The notes: generated by a model not told the origin, from the letters alone. Counted from the first letter of the stretch, positions 1 to 13,570 are shown. The stretch: 64,000 nt of DNA from Yuukianura sp. NJ FZ-2021 (GCA_046563655.1 CM102283.1:8742001-8806000); one strand, 5' to 3'. Numbers and translations are program-made.

Positions 1-574
1 CTGTGCGTAAAAATTCATAACCACAACCTGGTGCTCTAAATTTTAATAAACATTAACTTTACAACGTCAAGGACTTGACACTTGAGTGTTTTTTGAAAGA
101 GTCCAGATTTTATGTTTTGAATTTCTGTTTTTTTTTTAAGATTTAGTTTCTATCATTCCAGACTTGCGCTTCTCTGCCCTTGTTAGAAACGCAGAAGGTG
201 AAAATCTAGTTATGGAATCTAGATTTTCAAAAAGTGAGTACAATGAAATCAAATTCTAATCTCAATTCCAAATTTTCATGTTCACTCTTAATGTACTATC
301 AGTTGAACATTCAAAATTACATTAGAGAGTAATTGCAAACCGAAATATAGAGAAAAATATAGAATATAAATGTACATTCTATATTTATATTCTATATTTT
401 GAAATAAGGAAGCGCCACACTTACTACACAGTTTACACGAAGAAAATTTTACAAATACTAATGAGTTATATGAATGTCAAACTCGTGAGTGGTGTTAAAA
501 TCAGAAAAAAAAATTCCCGCCCTAATTTTTCCGATTTGTATGAAAATTTGGGGTATGGTAGTCCCTACGGGATA

Positions 575-680
575 GCAGTTTATGCGCAGTTAGTGCGCAC
601 TTTCTGCGCAGTGAGTGCGCACTTTCTGCGCAGTGAGTGCGCACTTTCTGCGCAGTTAGTGCGCAGTTTATGCGTAGTTC
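575..680. repeat. Short TGCGCA-rich minisatellite (~22-bp unit GCGCAGTGAGTGCGCACTTTCT, ~4 copies)
   Basis: Repeats read directly; they account for the overlapping ORFs 461..730 and 522..728. Confidence 0.8.
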
Positions 681-900
681 ATGCTCAGTTTCTGAACTAC
701 GCAGATAAAATGCTACTCTTTGAGTCATAGTTAGTCTATTGTTAGTGAGTCCACACTTGTAATTTTATTTTAATAATTAAAACTATGTTTTATTTATGTC
801 GTTATCATCTCACGTTTCACCACCCTACTTATGGCAACATTTCGGTGTTAGTCCCGAAGTGCCCGGAGGATTTCGGAAAAAAAAAGTTTCCAAAGTACCA

Positions 901-2756
901 GAAAATCACTCTTTCTAAATAACATAATTCGAAATTCCAAAAAGTTAAAAGTTTACTATGAAAATCACTCTTTCTAAATAACATAATTCGAAATTTCAAA
1001 AAGTTAAAAGTTTAGTAGGAAAATCACTCTTTCTAAATATAATAATTCCAAATTCCAAAAAGTTAAAAGTTTAGTAGGAAAATCACTCTTTCTAAATAAC
1101 ATAATTTCAAATTCCAAAAAGTTAAAAGTTTAGTAGGAAAATCACTCTTTCTAAATATAATAATTCCAAATTCCAAAAAGTTAAAAGTTTAGTAGGAAAA
1201 TCACTCTTTCTAAATATAATAATTCCAAATTCCAAAAAGTTAAAAGTTTACTATGAAAATCACTCTTTCTAAATAACATAATTCCAAATTCCAAAAAGTT
1301 AAAAGTTTACTATGAAAATCACTCTTTCTAAATAACATAATTCCAAATTCCAAAAAGTTAAAAGTTTACTATGAAAATCACTCTTTCTAAATAACATAAT
1401 TCCAAATTCCAAAAAGTTAAAAGTTTACTATGAAAATCACTCTTTCTAAATAACATAATTCCAAATTCCAAAAAGTTAAAAGTTTACTATGAAAATCACT
1501 CTTTCTAAATTACATAATTCCAAATTCCAAAAAGTTAAAAGTTTACTATGAAAATCACTCTTTCTAAATAACATAATTCCAAATTCCAAAAAGTTAAAAG
1601 TTTACTATGAAAATCACTCTTTCTAAATAACATAATTCCAAATTCCAAAAAGTTAAAAGTTTACTATGAAAATCACTCTTTCTAAATAACATAATTCCAA
1701 ATTCCAAAAAGTTAAAAGTTTACTATGAAAATCACTCTTTCTAAATAATATAATTCCAAATTCCAAAAAGTTAAAAGTTTACTATGAAAATCACTCTTTC
1801 TAAATAACATAATTCCAAATTCCAAAAAGTTAAAAGTTTACTATGAAAATCATTCTTTCTAAATAACATAATTCCAAATTCCAAAAAGTTAAAAGTTTAC
1901 TATGAAAATCACTCTTTCTAAATAATATAATTCCAAATTCCAAAAAGTTAAAAGTTTACTATGAAAATCACTCTTTCTAAATAACATAATTCCAAATTCC
2001 AAAAAGTTAAAAGTTTACTATGAAAATCACTCTTTCTAAATAACATAATTCCAAATTCCAAAAAGTTAAAAGTTTACTATGAAAATCACTCTTTCTAAAT
2101 AACATAATTCCAAATTCCAAAAAGTTAAAAGTTTACTATGAAAATCACTCTTTCTAAATAACATAATTCCAAATTCCAAAAAGTTAAAAGTTTACTATGA
2201 AAATCACTCTTTCTAAATAACATAATTCCAAATTCCAAAAAGTTAAAAGTTTACTATGAAAATCACTCTTTCTAAATAACATAATTCCAAATTCCAAAAA
2301 GTTAAAAGTTTACTATGAAAATCACTCTTTCTAAATAACATAATTCCAAATTCCAAAAAGTTAAAAGTTTACTATGAAAATCACTCTTTCTAAATAACAT
2401 AATTCCAAATTCCAAAAAGTTAAAAGTTTACTATGAAAATCACTCTTTCTAAATAACATAATTCCAAATTCCAAAAAGTTAAAAGTTTACTATGAAAATC
2501 ACTCTTTCTAAATAACATAATTCCAAATTCCAAAAAGTTAAAAGTTTACTATGAAAATCACTCTTTCTAAATAACATAATTCCAAATTCCAAAAAGTTAA
2601 AAGTTTACTATGAAAATCACTCTTTCTAAATAACATAATTCCAAATTCCAAAAAGTTAAAAGTTTACTATGAAAATCACTCTTTCTAAATAACATAATTC
2701 CAAATTCCAAAAAGTTAAAAGTTTACTATGAAAATCACTCTTTCTAAATTACATAA
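901..2756. repeat. 59-bp satellite array, ~31.5 copies
   Basis: Unit GAAAATCACTCTTTCTAAATAACATAATTCCAAATTCCAAAAAGTTAAAAGTTTACTAT shifts one base per 60-nt line. The first five units carry variants; the rest are nearly homogeneous. Confidence 0.98.
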
Positions 2757-3067
2757 CGCCCCAATGAAACCCACCAAAACGTGATCCCACCGTTCGTGGC
2801 AACATCTTGGTGTAAGCCCGAGGCGGCAGAAGGTGTCCATTTTCAAAACTAAAACTAACTCAAACATTGTATAAAACAGCTTTTTTTTTCAAAACTTTAC
2901 AATTAATTATACAATCCAGTTTTTATTTAAAGACCAACATAATTATAAGGTTTGGGAAAATTGAAACATTCGGTTACTTTTGCGAAACCAAGTTAAAAAA
3001 AATTTCAGGGTTAGAATTTAGTTTTTTTTTTGTAATGTTTTGAGGTATGAGTTTTTGAAATGTTGGT

Positions 3068-4352
3068 TTAGTTTGACTTTTTGGTTCCAAAATGTTGGAT
3101 GATGTAGTTGGCAGCATTTTGATTGAAGCAATCTTTTTCGACATACTGTTTGAGTGGGGTGTCGGAGCGAAGATGGACTTGAAACATCACAAATGAATGG
3201 CGAATGATCGGCTCATAGGCAGAAGACGACAAGTTTTTACGCAAAACTTTAAATGGACGGCGAAGTTCATACAGAAATTTCGTGTTGTTGGACAAAAACA
3301 AAGTCAGAATTTTGAGTTCCGTGGTAGATTCCGTCAGGAGGAAGTTTGACTTGCGCAGAAGAGCGATTTCAAAAATTGTGAGTTGCGTGGAGTGAATCGT
3401 GCGCCACTTCTTCGGTAGCTTCAGATTTTTCAAAAATGTGTTGATTTGAGTCAACTGCTTCCCAGTTTGTGATAGCAAAGCTTTCAAATGGCGGAGAATC
3501 ATGACGAGCAGCGCGAGTTTCAAATTTGGCGAAATTCTGACCAGTTTGACCAATCCATCTGCAACGACGAGTTCATCTGCTTGCGTGAGTCCAATCTTGA
3601 CGTCGGCTGCATCATCGGAAGCATTCGCTGCAACAAATTTTTCAAAATATCAAAATTTGAAAAAAAAAATTTAAATTTTGAAATTTTTTGTAGTAAGTAC
3701 CGTCCAAGTTGTCTTCATGATTTTGGTTTCGCGTCATGGTCCACCGTCGCAGCGAACCGTCATTTCGGTCTTGGTCGACATACGGCCCAGCTCTGAAAAT
3801 TTTTTTGGCCGAAGCCGCTAAAGTGTCGACGAAACCTTGGTGTCGTTCCGACTCAAGCCGAAACGCTTTGAGATCTTTCACAATTTGATCCAAATTTTTC
3901 ATGACATAAGAACAAGTAGGCGTGTCAAATGTGTCCCATGGCACAACTTCAACAAGTTTGACAGCCAGGATAAAAAATGACGAAATTCGATTGATGTTGC
4001 CAGAGCGTGGCCGTTGGTCCACGAGCCGATAAAAACCACGGCTGATTTGTCCCATTTCGTCCAGGATCTGGTACACGCTGCGGCTGAATTGGACGACGGA
4101 CCAAGATTGCTTGTAAACTGATTTGCGACAGTTGAAAAAGTTTGTAGGCGGGTCAATTTGAGTAAAAGTGGAAGGCAAGTGACCTCTGACCTCGTCCAAA
4201 ACACATTTCTTCCAGTTCGGTGGCGTTTCGACTCCAACTTCCGAAGTTCCAGAAAGTTTCAAAAAAGCGTGACAGGTTGGAATAATTTTCAGGATGTTGT
4301 CAAATGTGTATCCAGGCGGAAAGTCTTCCTGTTCATTTGCATTGGAAGCCAT
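3068..4352 (-). CDS. Unrecognised two-exon protein, ~403 aa
   Basis: Exon 4352-3701, GT-AG intron 3700-3628, exon 3627-3068. Splicing joins the 236-aa and 161-aa ORFs in frame (..NLD-ANASDDAADVKIGLTQADELVVADGLVKLVRISP..). No family recognised. Confidence 0.75.
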
Positions 4353-4532
4353 TTTCCCAAAAGGTCTGTTTAAAAGTTGCGTTTTTTGAAATTCAAATCT
4401 CCCGGATCCAGTTGTTCAAAATTTGAATCTTCCGGAAGCTGTTTCAAAAAGTCGGAAAATTCCTGGAAAGTTTTATGCGCTTCCTGTTTGTTATTTTACA
4501 CTTCTAGTTTAACTTATCCCTAAGTGCTTCTC

Positions 4533-4546
4533 GTTACCATAACAAA
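4533..4546. promoter_or_regulatory. RFX X-box-like element upstream of the orphan gene
   Basis: GTTACCATAACAAA, an imperfect match to GTTRCCATRGYAAC, ~180 bp upstream of the ATG at 4352. Confidence 0.45.
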
Positions 4547-5187
4547 TTCAAAATTCAAACAAATTTTTAAAAATGCAACATTTTTGAAAAACTTCCTGAA
4601 TGCTTCTCTTTGATTCGCTGAATTAAACAGAGTAGAAAAAACTAACATTTGCGGTCACTGCCCTTAAAAGGTGTTTAAAAAGCTCAAATTTTATTAAGCA
4701 ATGACATCAGCATGTTTTTGAAGACAAAATTTTTCTAGAAATGAACACAAAATATTGTTTAAAAACTCTTCTAAACTAAACTCTTTAAAAAACTAAGCTG
4801 CATTTAAAAAAAATACAAATATCAGTACTTTTTTGAGTAAGGTAAACCTAACATTTTTAAATAAATGGAAAAACAAGATAGTCGGTAGTAAAATTTTTTG
4901 TGTTCTAAACGTGACTAAAAGCTCATCTTTTTCAGTTTTTTAGCAAAAGCTGCTACACGTTGATTAGCGTTTTCAGCTCTAACATAAGCCGATGACCCGG
5001 AGGTCAATGACCGTAGAAAAAATTCAAGCTGAAAGTTTTTCAAATTCAGGCAAAATTTCTTTAGCATGAAGTTGTTTTGCTTGAAAATTTGAAATTTCAA
5101 GCTGGATCTGAAATTTTCTACATCGCTGCTGCTTGTGCGTTAAGCTCGCTGCCCTAATTTGCATTCCTGAAAGTGACTTTTGTTTTT

Positions 5188-8140
5188 TCAAAGGTCAACA
5201 ATAGTTCCACTGCCGCTGACTGTTCCGGGTACTTTGACCCCAAATCTGCCGGGTATCTTGCGGGACACGTTGTGAATTAACCCGCGACACGACGAACTAA
5301 ATTCATCTCGCATTTGGTAAAGTTGGGCTCTGAATTTATTTCCACATGCGCAGTAAATGGCACAGTTCACAGAAGAATTGAGAGTGATGAGAAAGTTGGA
5401 CACGTTTTCCATGTCTGAAATTATTTTCCAAAAAGTTCATTAACACTTTACCACAATTAATTAAGCTAAAAATTAACTTTAAATAGTTTTTTTCAGAAAC
5501 TTTTGCGTTTTTTTGAGTTATTACCTATAATGAAGAATTTCCACATGGACTCCATGAGGTTTATGACCAGAGCCAGCGTGTTGCAGACCAAAAAAGTTGC
5601 CGTGACGCAGAATAAAACAAGTGCAAAAGAGTAGTCACGCGTGGGATGACTTGCGATGATTCCGTGTCGACTTTTGTTAGATCTTCGAATCTAAAGATAC
5701 AAAAAATTGTATGAAAACAAAGTAATCATCATCTGTCATGTTGACATAAATGTCACGTCCAATTACGTCACAATTACACATCAGGAAATACAAACACACA
5801 CAAAAACACATAAAAACATCACGGAAATCCTAAAACTAACAAAAATTGAGATTTTTTTGAGTCGCTGAGATCTTTCTGTTTTCTATTTTCGCCAAAAACC
5901 AAAAATTAATTTCAAGGTTTTCAGAATTTTGCAGCCTACAACAACAATCTCAAAAACAGGAACTAAAACGAATTAAAATTTTTTGTCCAAGTTTTTTTTT
6001 TTTATTAATTTTATTTTGTGCTAAAAACTTCCGTTTTTACCAGAAACTTTATCATTTTTGGACAAAAAATTCTGCTCCAGAAATTTTCCAATCGCTTACC
6101 AGCTTAACTAAATCAGTGTTTTTCAATTCCCAGAAAAAGCTGCTAGTTTCATTCATTCTTAAGCAAACACTAACATTTTCAAAGAGCAAAAAAAGACTAG
6201 AATAACAAAACTATGTTGTGACTCACCGTGAGATAAATGTGGATGTTGAGTGTAAGTAGAATTACAAAGGGGAAGAGACACATTATGACCAAATAGCCCC
6301 AGTTGATGTAATACTCAATGTAGAGTGGATTTAGTCGAAATTCAGTAAAGTTCAACTGGTAGGCCATGATCACTTGAGGTAAAGTCGGTGACCCCGTGCC
6401 ATTCCTGGGGTCGGGGTCACTCATGACATAGATGGGATCCGGAACAGGACAGAGTTCAAACCACCTAGAAACAAATTTTATACTATGTAAACGATCAACT
6501 TTAATTTGAAATACCGTAAAACTTCTAATAAACTGCCGGGCGTTATTCAAAATTTCAGGTTTGATCCTGGCATTTCGGAAAGACCGGCGTTTATGAGAAG
6601 TTTTACGGTAAATGTTTTACCTTGGAAGGTTGTACAGAATTGCAAAGAGGAAGATGCATGCAGAAACGATTTTAGTTCGTTTCCAAGTGCAGAGGTAACG
6701 AGAGCGCAGAGGACAACAGACGACGAGGTAACGTTCCACGGTCACGGCAATCGTAAAGTAAACTGAACTCGTCTGGGCTGTAAATTCAAAAAAAAAAAAG
6801 ATTTTCTTTATTTTTGCTAGCAAGGTTGTAAATCTTTTGCAAATTGGATCAAAAGTGCAGCAGCAAACAAAGTTTTTGGGGGAAAAGAAAAACGCCACGC
6901 CCACGTTTTGCCAAAAACTTTAAATTTAGATTTTCAGAAATACTGAGGTTGTAAAGGCGGTCATGGAAAAATTGGACACTGAAAAAGAATGAATCATTGA
7001 ACAAGCAAACAGATAACCACCCGAGTTTTTCATAATTTTTAGGATCAGGAAGTGAACGAGCACTTGAAATTTTGAACACCAAATATTTCATTTATTGTAA
7101 AAAAAAAGTCAATAGAAAAAAATCTCTCTTTGCTCTCACTTTTTGGGAGATTAGCAAATTCGGACTTTTTGAGCCAAAACGAAAACTCGTGAAGCTTTAT
7201 GAGATTTCTAAAACAATCAAGGCTAAAAGTGGAACAGTTTTTGAAAATAAACAAACGCTTAACATTCAGCTTCCTTTGAACTTTTTTACAAAGTAATCAA
7301 ACTTTGTAGTTCCGAAGTAGAAGAACTGCGAACTTTCTCGATCATGGCACTCTTTTCTCTTTGACTTTCTTTACAAATTTAGTTTGACTTTCAAGTTAAA
7401 CCTATTTCAATTTCATTCATTTTCGTTTCAAGAATTCGACAATTTCTGAAATCAAAGTCAAAAAAACATGATTTTTGTTCGGTTGAATTTTGGATTTCCT
7501 AACGAGTTTGCATGTTTTAAAAAAAAGTGATCTGGATATGTCTCAGAGACTCCGATTTTCAGTGTCTGAGCGGATAAAGTTAATCAATTTCAGTAACTTT
7601 TTTTTACAACTTTTTTTAGCACAGTTTTTGTGACGTGACTGGTAATTCCCCAAAAAATCACTCACCTGTAATTGCTAGGGCGTAGACGGAAGGTCCCCAT
7701 GCTGGATAGAAACTCTGCATGAACGGATTAGATTCAATTACTTCCAGGAAATTAAAAAGTACTGGCAGTCCAAACAGCATCAGAGAACACAAGATTAAAA
7801 TGGAGTCAGACAGTGTCAATCCAAGCAAGAGACAACTGATGGACGACTTCATCGCACTTCTGGACAAAACACAAGCACTAACTGCATTCCCAATTATTCC
7901 AAGGAATGTGACCACTGTTATCCCTATGCCAACCACAATGAACTCCAGAACCACTGAATACTCCAGGTCACCATCCGCACTCCCTCCCTCCAGGTCACTC
8001 CCTCCTCCTCCTCCTCCTCCGCCTCCGTCAAATGCACTGTTTAAATGGAGGTCATAGGAGTTAATTGAAGAGACACTGGTGGTTTCGTTGTTAATTATCC
8101 AGGACATGGCTTCCAGGGGAATCCCACTGTTTAGATCCAT
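5188..8140 (-). CDS. Class A GPCR, divergent FMRFamide-receptor-like paralogue (5 coding exons)
   Basis: Exons ~8140-7666, 6777-6621, 6464-6227, 5690-5525, 5414-5188. Motifs: TM1 GIIGN, TM2 LTLSD, TM3 VTVERY, YNLPRWFE, TM6 FLVCN, TM7 NSSVNCAIYC. Confidence 0.9.
6514..6608. mobile_element. Tc1/mariner (Tc2/pogo-like) MITE in GPCR intron 2
   Basis: TIR CCGTAAAACTTCT..CCGG / CCGG..AGAAGTTTTACGG with TA on both sides; same termini as 16215-16371. Confidence 0.8.
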
Positions 8141-9196
8141 AACTTCCTAATGGACACCCACTGTGTCATAGGGTGTGACACTTTTCAAAAATTTGGAAAT
8201 TTGAAAATTCAAAAATTTGAAAAGTTGAAAATGTAGAAATTTGGAATGTTGGAAACTTGAAATGAAAAATTGGAAGTGACAAAATACACCCTCACAATCA
8301 GTCAAAACGTCTCTCGTCGAAATTTGTCTTGATTCCAAAGCCGAGAACTTTAATCATGGCACAAAATCTCCAAATTTGTCAACTTTTCATTCTGAAATTT
8401 TTGCAAATTTTTTGACGAGTTTGCACTTTTGGACGAACTTGCTGAACCGTGGAAGATTTGCAACTGAGGAAATTTTTTTATAACTCCGGAGTTTATACAT
8501 GAAAAACCAAAAGCGTAGGAAGGTTTAGACGAAAACAGAAAAGAAGTTCAAATAAAAATCGAAATCTTGAACAACGTCACAACCACTTTAGCCACTTTTG
8601 CAACTTTTCGCAAAACTTCTTCTTAACAACTTGCAAAAAATCTATTTTTTGCAAAATGTAAGTGATCTTCTCCCGTTGCAATCTGTGACTCTTCTGCCTC
8701 AATATCTTCTGTCCCCCTTCTTATGACTACCAGAGTTAAGCAGCGAAAGGCTCAACAAAGCTTATGTGGAAAACCTAATTCTTCGAAAACCACTACCGCC
8801 GCAGATTACTACAAAAAACATTCATCGCGGCATATGAACTACTAAAACAACAACATGCAAAAGAACGATTTGCAAAAAACGATGCAAAAAACTTGTTTTG
8901 CAACTAGGCTTTTGATATAATAAGAGAGATCAAGTTAATCAATAACTGCGTCAGTTAGGCTATACACGATCCATCATACTAAAAAGTTTTTAAAGTCTTG
9001 CGTAAGAACTTAAAATTTTTGGAGTTTGAACAAATTTTTCAGTTCCGCGTGAAAACTGAACAAAACATTGCAAAATGACGCAGGTTTAATACCATTTTGT
9101 AGTTAGATTTTAGTATTCACTATAGCAGTTGTTTATGATATTTGAAATTAGCATTTTAACAATAGAAAAAAATTGCAAAAAAGAAATTTGCTAATT

Positions 9197-11985
9197 TCAT
9201 TGTTGATTCTGTTTGGGTGATGTTTTGGTTGATTGAGCAGAATCCCAACAAGCGTCCCACGTCAAACCGTCGTTGGATTCTGCGCATGCTGTTTCTTGAT
9301 TGGCGTCACTTTCAACTAATTTTAAGTTGTTTAGAAAATGTTGTTCGGTGACATTTGATGTAAGGTCAGCAGGTTCTTCGAGTACATCGTTTTGATTGGT
9401 ATTACAATTTTCCAATGCGTCTGCGTTGCAAAGTTCTTGTTCAAACGGATTTGATTCCTTTTCTGATTGTGAGTCAATTTTTTCAGAAAATTGGAACCGA
9501 CTTGCCAGAGAAACTGGTTCAAGATCTTCAGAATTTTCTAGAAAAGATTCAAAATTGTCAAATGCGTTGAGCTGAGATTCAGTGAGGCCAAAGAGTGGAG
9601 TTTTGTAATCTTGGAGTTCTTGAGCTTCGAGGTCTTCTATTTTCTTAATTAATGGACTGTTACTTGGAACTTCTTCAATCGGTGACCTCTGACCTTTACT
9701 TGGAAAAGTTTCATTTCGTGACATTTGACCTTCGTCGTCACTAGGGCATTCGTGGAAAGATAGAGAATCGTCCGTATCGTCCAACAAGCCTGGAATCACT
9801 TCAAAGCTCGAGCCACTGCTACAGCTCACAAAGTCATCCACATCTGAATCTGGTTCCTGAAGGTCATGACCTTTGACCTCGTCTTCTGAAACTTGCCCTT
9901 TGACCTCGTCTTCCAGAACGTGACCTTTGACCTCACCCTCTGAGAGTTGACCTTTGACCTCGTCTTCTGGAATATGAGCTTTCACCTCATCTTCGGGAAT
10001 TTGAACATTGACTTCGTCTTCTTCCGGACCATCGTTTTCTGCTGGAGGTAGAAAGACCTTGGCCAAGGTCGTTCGGAGCGACACTAGTTTTGGTTGAGTA
10101 GGCAGTGCGACGTTTTGATTTGAAGTGTCGTCGAGGTCAATATGACAAACTTCTTTTTTGAGAAAATTCTGAGCATCGGTTTTGACTTCCCGCCAAAGTG
10201 AGTCATCGAGGTCAGGAAATGAGGTTTCATTGGCTGGAGCTTCAACCAATGAAACTTGACCTTCAAGTGATTCTTCAACGCCAAGCGATTCTTGAGAAGT
10301 CGGTTGTGGACCAACTGGAGGCGTTGAAATTCTGAGCAGTGCTTCTTGTACATTGGGATCCGGAAATAGGTCAATGTTGTTTCCGTTGTAATCACCGCCT
10401 GCTTGCAATGCTTCATTCAAATTCAAATTCACGCGGTGCTGTCCATCAGCTTCTGCGATTGCGCGGGCAGCCTCTGCTGCTTCGGCCTTCAACCGAAGTT
10501 CTTCCTCTTTTTGCTTCTTCTCTGCAATTCTTTTGTCCCGCATTGCAATGAGGTCTAAAGGTCACAAAAAACTTATAAAAATTTATGATTTGCAAAAAAG
10601 TTTCCAGACATATTATTTTTTTTTGTAAAACTTTTTTATGATTTGTGAAACTTTTTATATTTTGTGTAAAACTTTACTGTTGACGCTGGTCTGAATTTTT
10701 TGATGCTCAGCTTCAATCCATCGCTGGCGCTCAGCATTTTCAGCCTCTCGACCACCAATTGCCCTTGAACGATTTCAAAAACTTTTTTGTAGTTTTTTGA
10801 AACCTCAAACTTTTCAAAAACCTTAAAAAACTTGGTTAACAAAAACATAAAATTCAAATTGTCACGTACCAGGCTTTACAACATGCACGCTCTCTGTCAA
10901 AAATTGGACGATCATCAAGATACTTTAGGTTTTCCTACAGAAAGACAAAAATGTCATAAAATTTTAACTTTTTGGAACAACTTTTTTGAACATTTATGAT
11001 TCATCAATTTTTTTTTTTTGAAAATCGATTCTTACACATCGGTTGATCATGTTTCTTCTGTAGTTGTCAATGTTCCGAATACATTTGTTTCCCATTAGAT
11101 TCAAGACACTCAAGTTTTTCATTTTGGACAAAATGTCAATCACTCCAGGATCTTCTAATTGGTTGTGAGACAAATCCAGAATAGAGAGATGTTCACATTC
11201 AACCAAATGCTCAATCGATTCAAGGCTGTTCAAGTTGTTATGCGAAATTTGAAGCGTGTTTAGTTTTGGAATGCAGGCTATTTGAACATTAAAAAAATAT
11301 TAAAACGATGGATTTATTGACTAAAAAGTTTTGAATAGATTTCTTGTTTTGAAAAAAATAAAAGTTTACCCAAGTTTTCAATTTTTGTGATCAAGTTGTT
11401 ACAGAGGTTGAGTGTGTCTAGTTTTTGGAGTTTTTCCAAATTTTCAATTTTTCGAATCAAGTTTTGGTGCAAATAGAGCGACCGAAGTTCCAACTGATTA
11501 TCCAAATTTTCAATAGCACGGATTCCATTGGACTCGAGCCACAGACATTTGAGTCCGGTGTATTCCTCTAGATTTTCAATTTTTGAAAAACCTGCCAATT
11601 TCAGTTAGATTTATGGATTTTCAAACATAGTTTCAAAATTTAAAAAAAAAAACAAAATGAAACTAACCTTTGAAATGAAGATACAAAACGTCGTTGAGGT
11701 ATGGCGTCGCGTACAGCTTGAGTTCCTTGCAGTGCTTTTTCAAAAATTCAGGAGTAATTCTGTAAAAATGGAAAAATTTAAATTTTAAAAACATTTTTTT
11801 GAAAGTGAGTTTTTGAAAAACCTTGGTCCCTTGTCTTTTTCACTTTCAGTTTCCTTTGGTTTAACTTCGGCTTCTACTGGAGGTTTAGAAGCTTTGACGA
11901 TTCGAACAAGTTCAGGCAGTGCCAAATCTTCCTCTACTGGAGGAAGCAATACTCCTACTTCTGCGGCGGGGTCACCCGATGCCAT
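9197..11985 (-). CDS. DNAAF1: Dynein axonemal assembly factor 1 (LRRC50/ODA7), 7 coding exons
   Basis: Spliced product contains [58 protein letters not shown]22-type LRRs, the LRRcap [38 protein letters not shown], and a long acidic tail. Confidence 0.93.
9861..10025 (-). repeat. Coding tandem repeat in the DNAAF1 tail (27-bp / 9-aa unit EDEVKGxxx, ~6 copies)
   Basis: [54 protein letters not shown]. Confidence 0.85.
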
Positions 11986-12845
11986 GTTTTTGCTTTTGAC
12001 CTTTGACCTGACCTTAGCAAAAGTAGTTCAAAACCCCACAGTGTGCTGAATGTCGACCTTCCTCAGTCAAAATCATCACAACTTCAGAATTTTATTTGGT
12101 CGCTTCGTTTAGTAAAGTAAATGAAACATTTTGCAAACAAATTTTGATATGCCAACCAAAATGAAAACGAATTTTAACTTCTGTAATTTCACAACTTTTT
12201 TAATTTTGAAAAAGTTTGTTCAATCTTTCCTCGGTTCTGCGTACAGCCTCTATCGAGCGGACAAGGAAAAACAGCGACGTAGAACCAGTGAAAGTTTATA
12301 ACTTCTACAAACTCCAACACCGTGGCTCTGCATGTACCAAAATGAAAATTTGTTTTTCGAAATTTGGAAATTTTGAGAACACAAAATTTCGAACTAGTCT
12401 TTGCTGCACAAGTGCCTGGTACCTACCGTCACAGTCTATTTGCTATAAGTTTGAAATCATTTAAATTTCTCAACGGCGCCAAAATTTTTTTTTTCTAATT
12501 TCAAGTAAAATGGAGAAACAGGGAAGGTTTTTCTCAAAATTTTCTCAACCAAAACGAAATTTTTCCCCGCATTTTTTGCACCAATCCTGTTTACGTTAGG
12601 GATTCGCACTTTTTTGCGTGGAAACAATGAGGTTAAGGAGGCCATCCGCCACACGCGCTGAACTAACTGACCGCAAAATTCAAGTGTCCAGCAACCTTCA
12701 GCGTAAAGAGGCTGATTGTGCAAGGATTTGTTATGATTCCCCAATGCCATTCCACTGATGAATTTGAACCACGCACTGAACCACTTACACTCTCCAGCAT
12801 CCTACTTGCGTCAGCATAAATAAAACGCACTTTCTCCATTCCAGC

Positions 12846-13089
12846 CAAGGTTTGTTGACTTTGATTTTTTTAAACATGTTGTGTAATACCGTATGTTTCT
12901 TCGATTTTGCAAAAAAAAAGAAGAGTATCTTTCATTTCATTGTATCGTAGTCATAGCAGTACAGCCGAATTTTTTGAATTTTACGTACAAATTTACGTAC
13001 CAATTTTTGTTTTTTCATTTTTTTTTCTCAACATGCTAGGTAGCACTCAACCTGTTAAAAAAATCATTTTTCGTTGTCAAGAAACCTTG
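12846..13089. mobile_element. MITE with CAAGG...CCTTG ends and 8-bp TSD (P-superfamily-like)
   Basis: Imperfect ~45-bp TIRs; flanks ATTCCAGC / ATTTCAGC (one mismatch); second copy at 17793-18058. Confidence 0.75.
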
Positions 13090-13570
13090 ATTTCAGCCAA
13101 ATAAGTCCCACTTGGTCCACAGAGCCCTTCAAGGGCTCATCAAAGTTTCAGTAGATGGAAACTTACCCTTGGGAGGCTCAAGCGAAGGGCCACAAAATGA
13201 AGACTTATGGCAATGACCCAATCGCATCTGTATCCCTTACGCACTTTAGGATCAAAAAGTTTTTGCATAAAACGCGCTAGAAACAAAGTTTTCGCATGGA
13301 GAAAGTCCAAAATAGGGAGAAAGTGCGTATAGTTTTATTTCTTTCGAAAATAGGTTATGCTTTCTCTAAAAATAAATTTTTGGATCCCTTCACTTTCACT
13401 TTGGCATTGCATTTTTCTTATTTTTTGGCTTGCGGGATCTCGTTTCAGATGAAGTTTACTTTTTCAGTCGTTTTTCCACAATTTCGCAAAATGTGAGGCC
13501 ACGGTGGAAGTTTAAAAATCTAAAAAAGTACAAAGAAAAATGTTTTTAACAAGTTGCGAAACTAATATGC

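Noticed and set aside
345-400. AT-rich hairpin (AATATAGAATATAAAT...ATTTATATTCTATATT)
   Set aside because: Low complexity, single occurrence and no supporting context.
461-730. ORFs of 89 and 68 aa
   Set aside because: Open only because of the TGCGCA minisatellite.
901-2756. CRISPR-like appearance of the regular arrays (also 49205-50594)
   Set aside because: Units are head-to-tail with no unique spacers, there are no cas genes, and the context is eukaryotic.
7719-8057. Antisense ORFs over real genes (also 26705-27118, 53300-53629, 61108-61368, 63664-63876)
   Set aside because: Shadows of coding exons on the opposite strand.
12457-12848. FIYADAS motif suggesting a retroelement RNase H relic
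   Set aside because: Only one short motif and no other catalytic residues can be aligned; a profile search would be needed.
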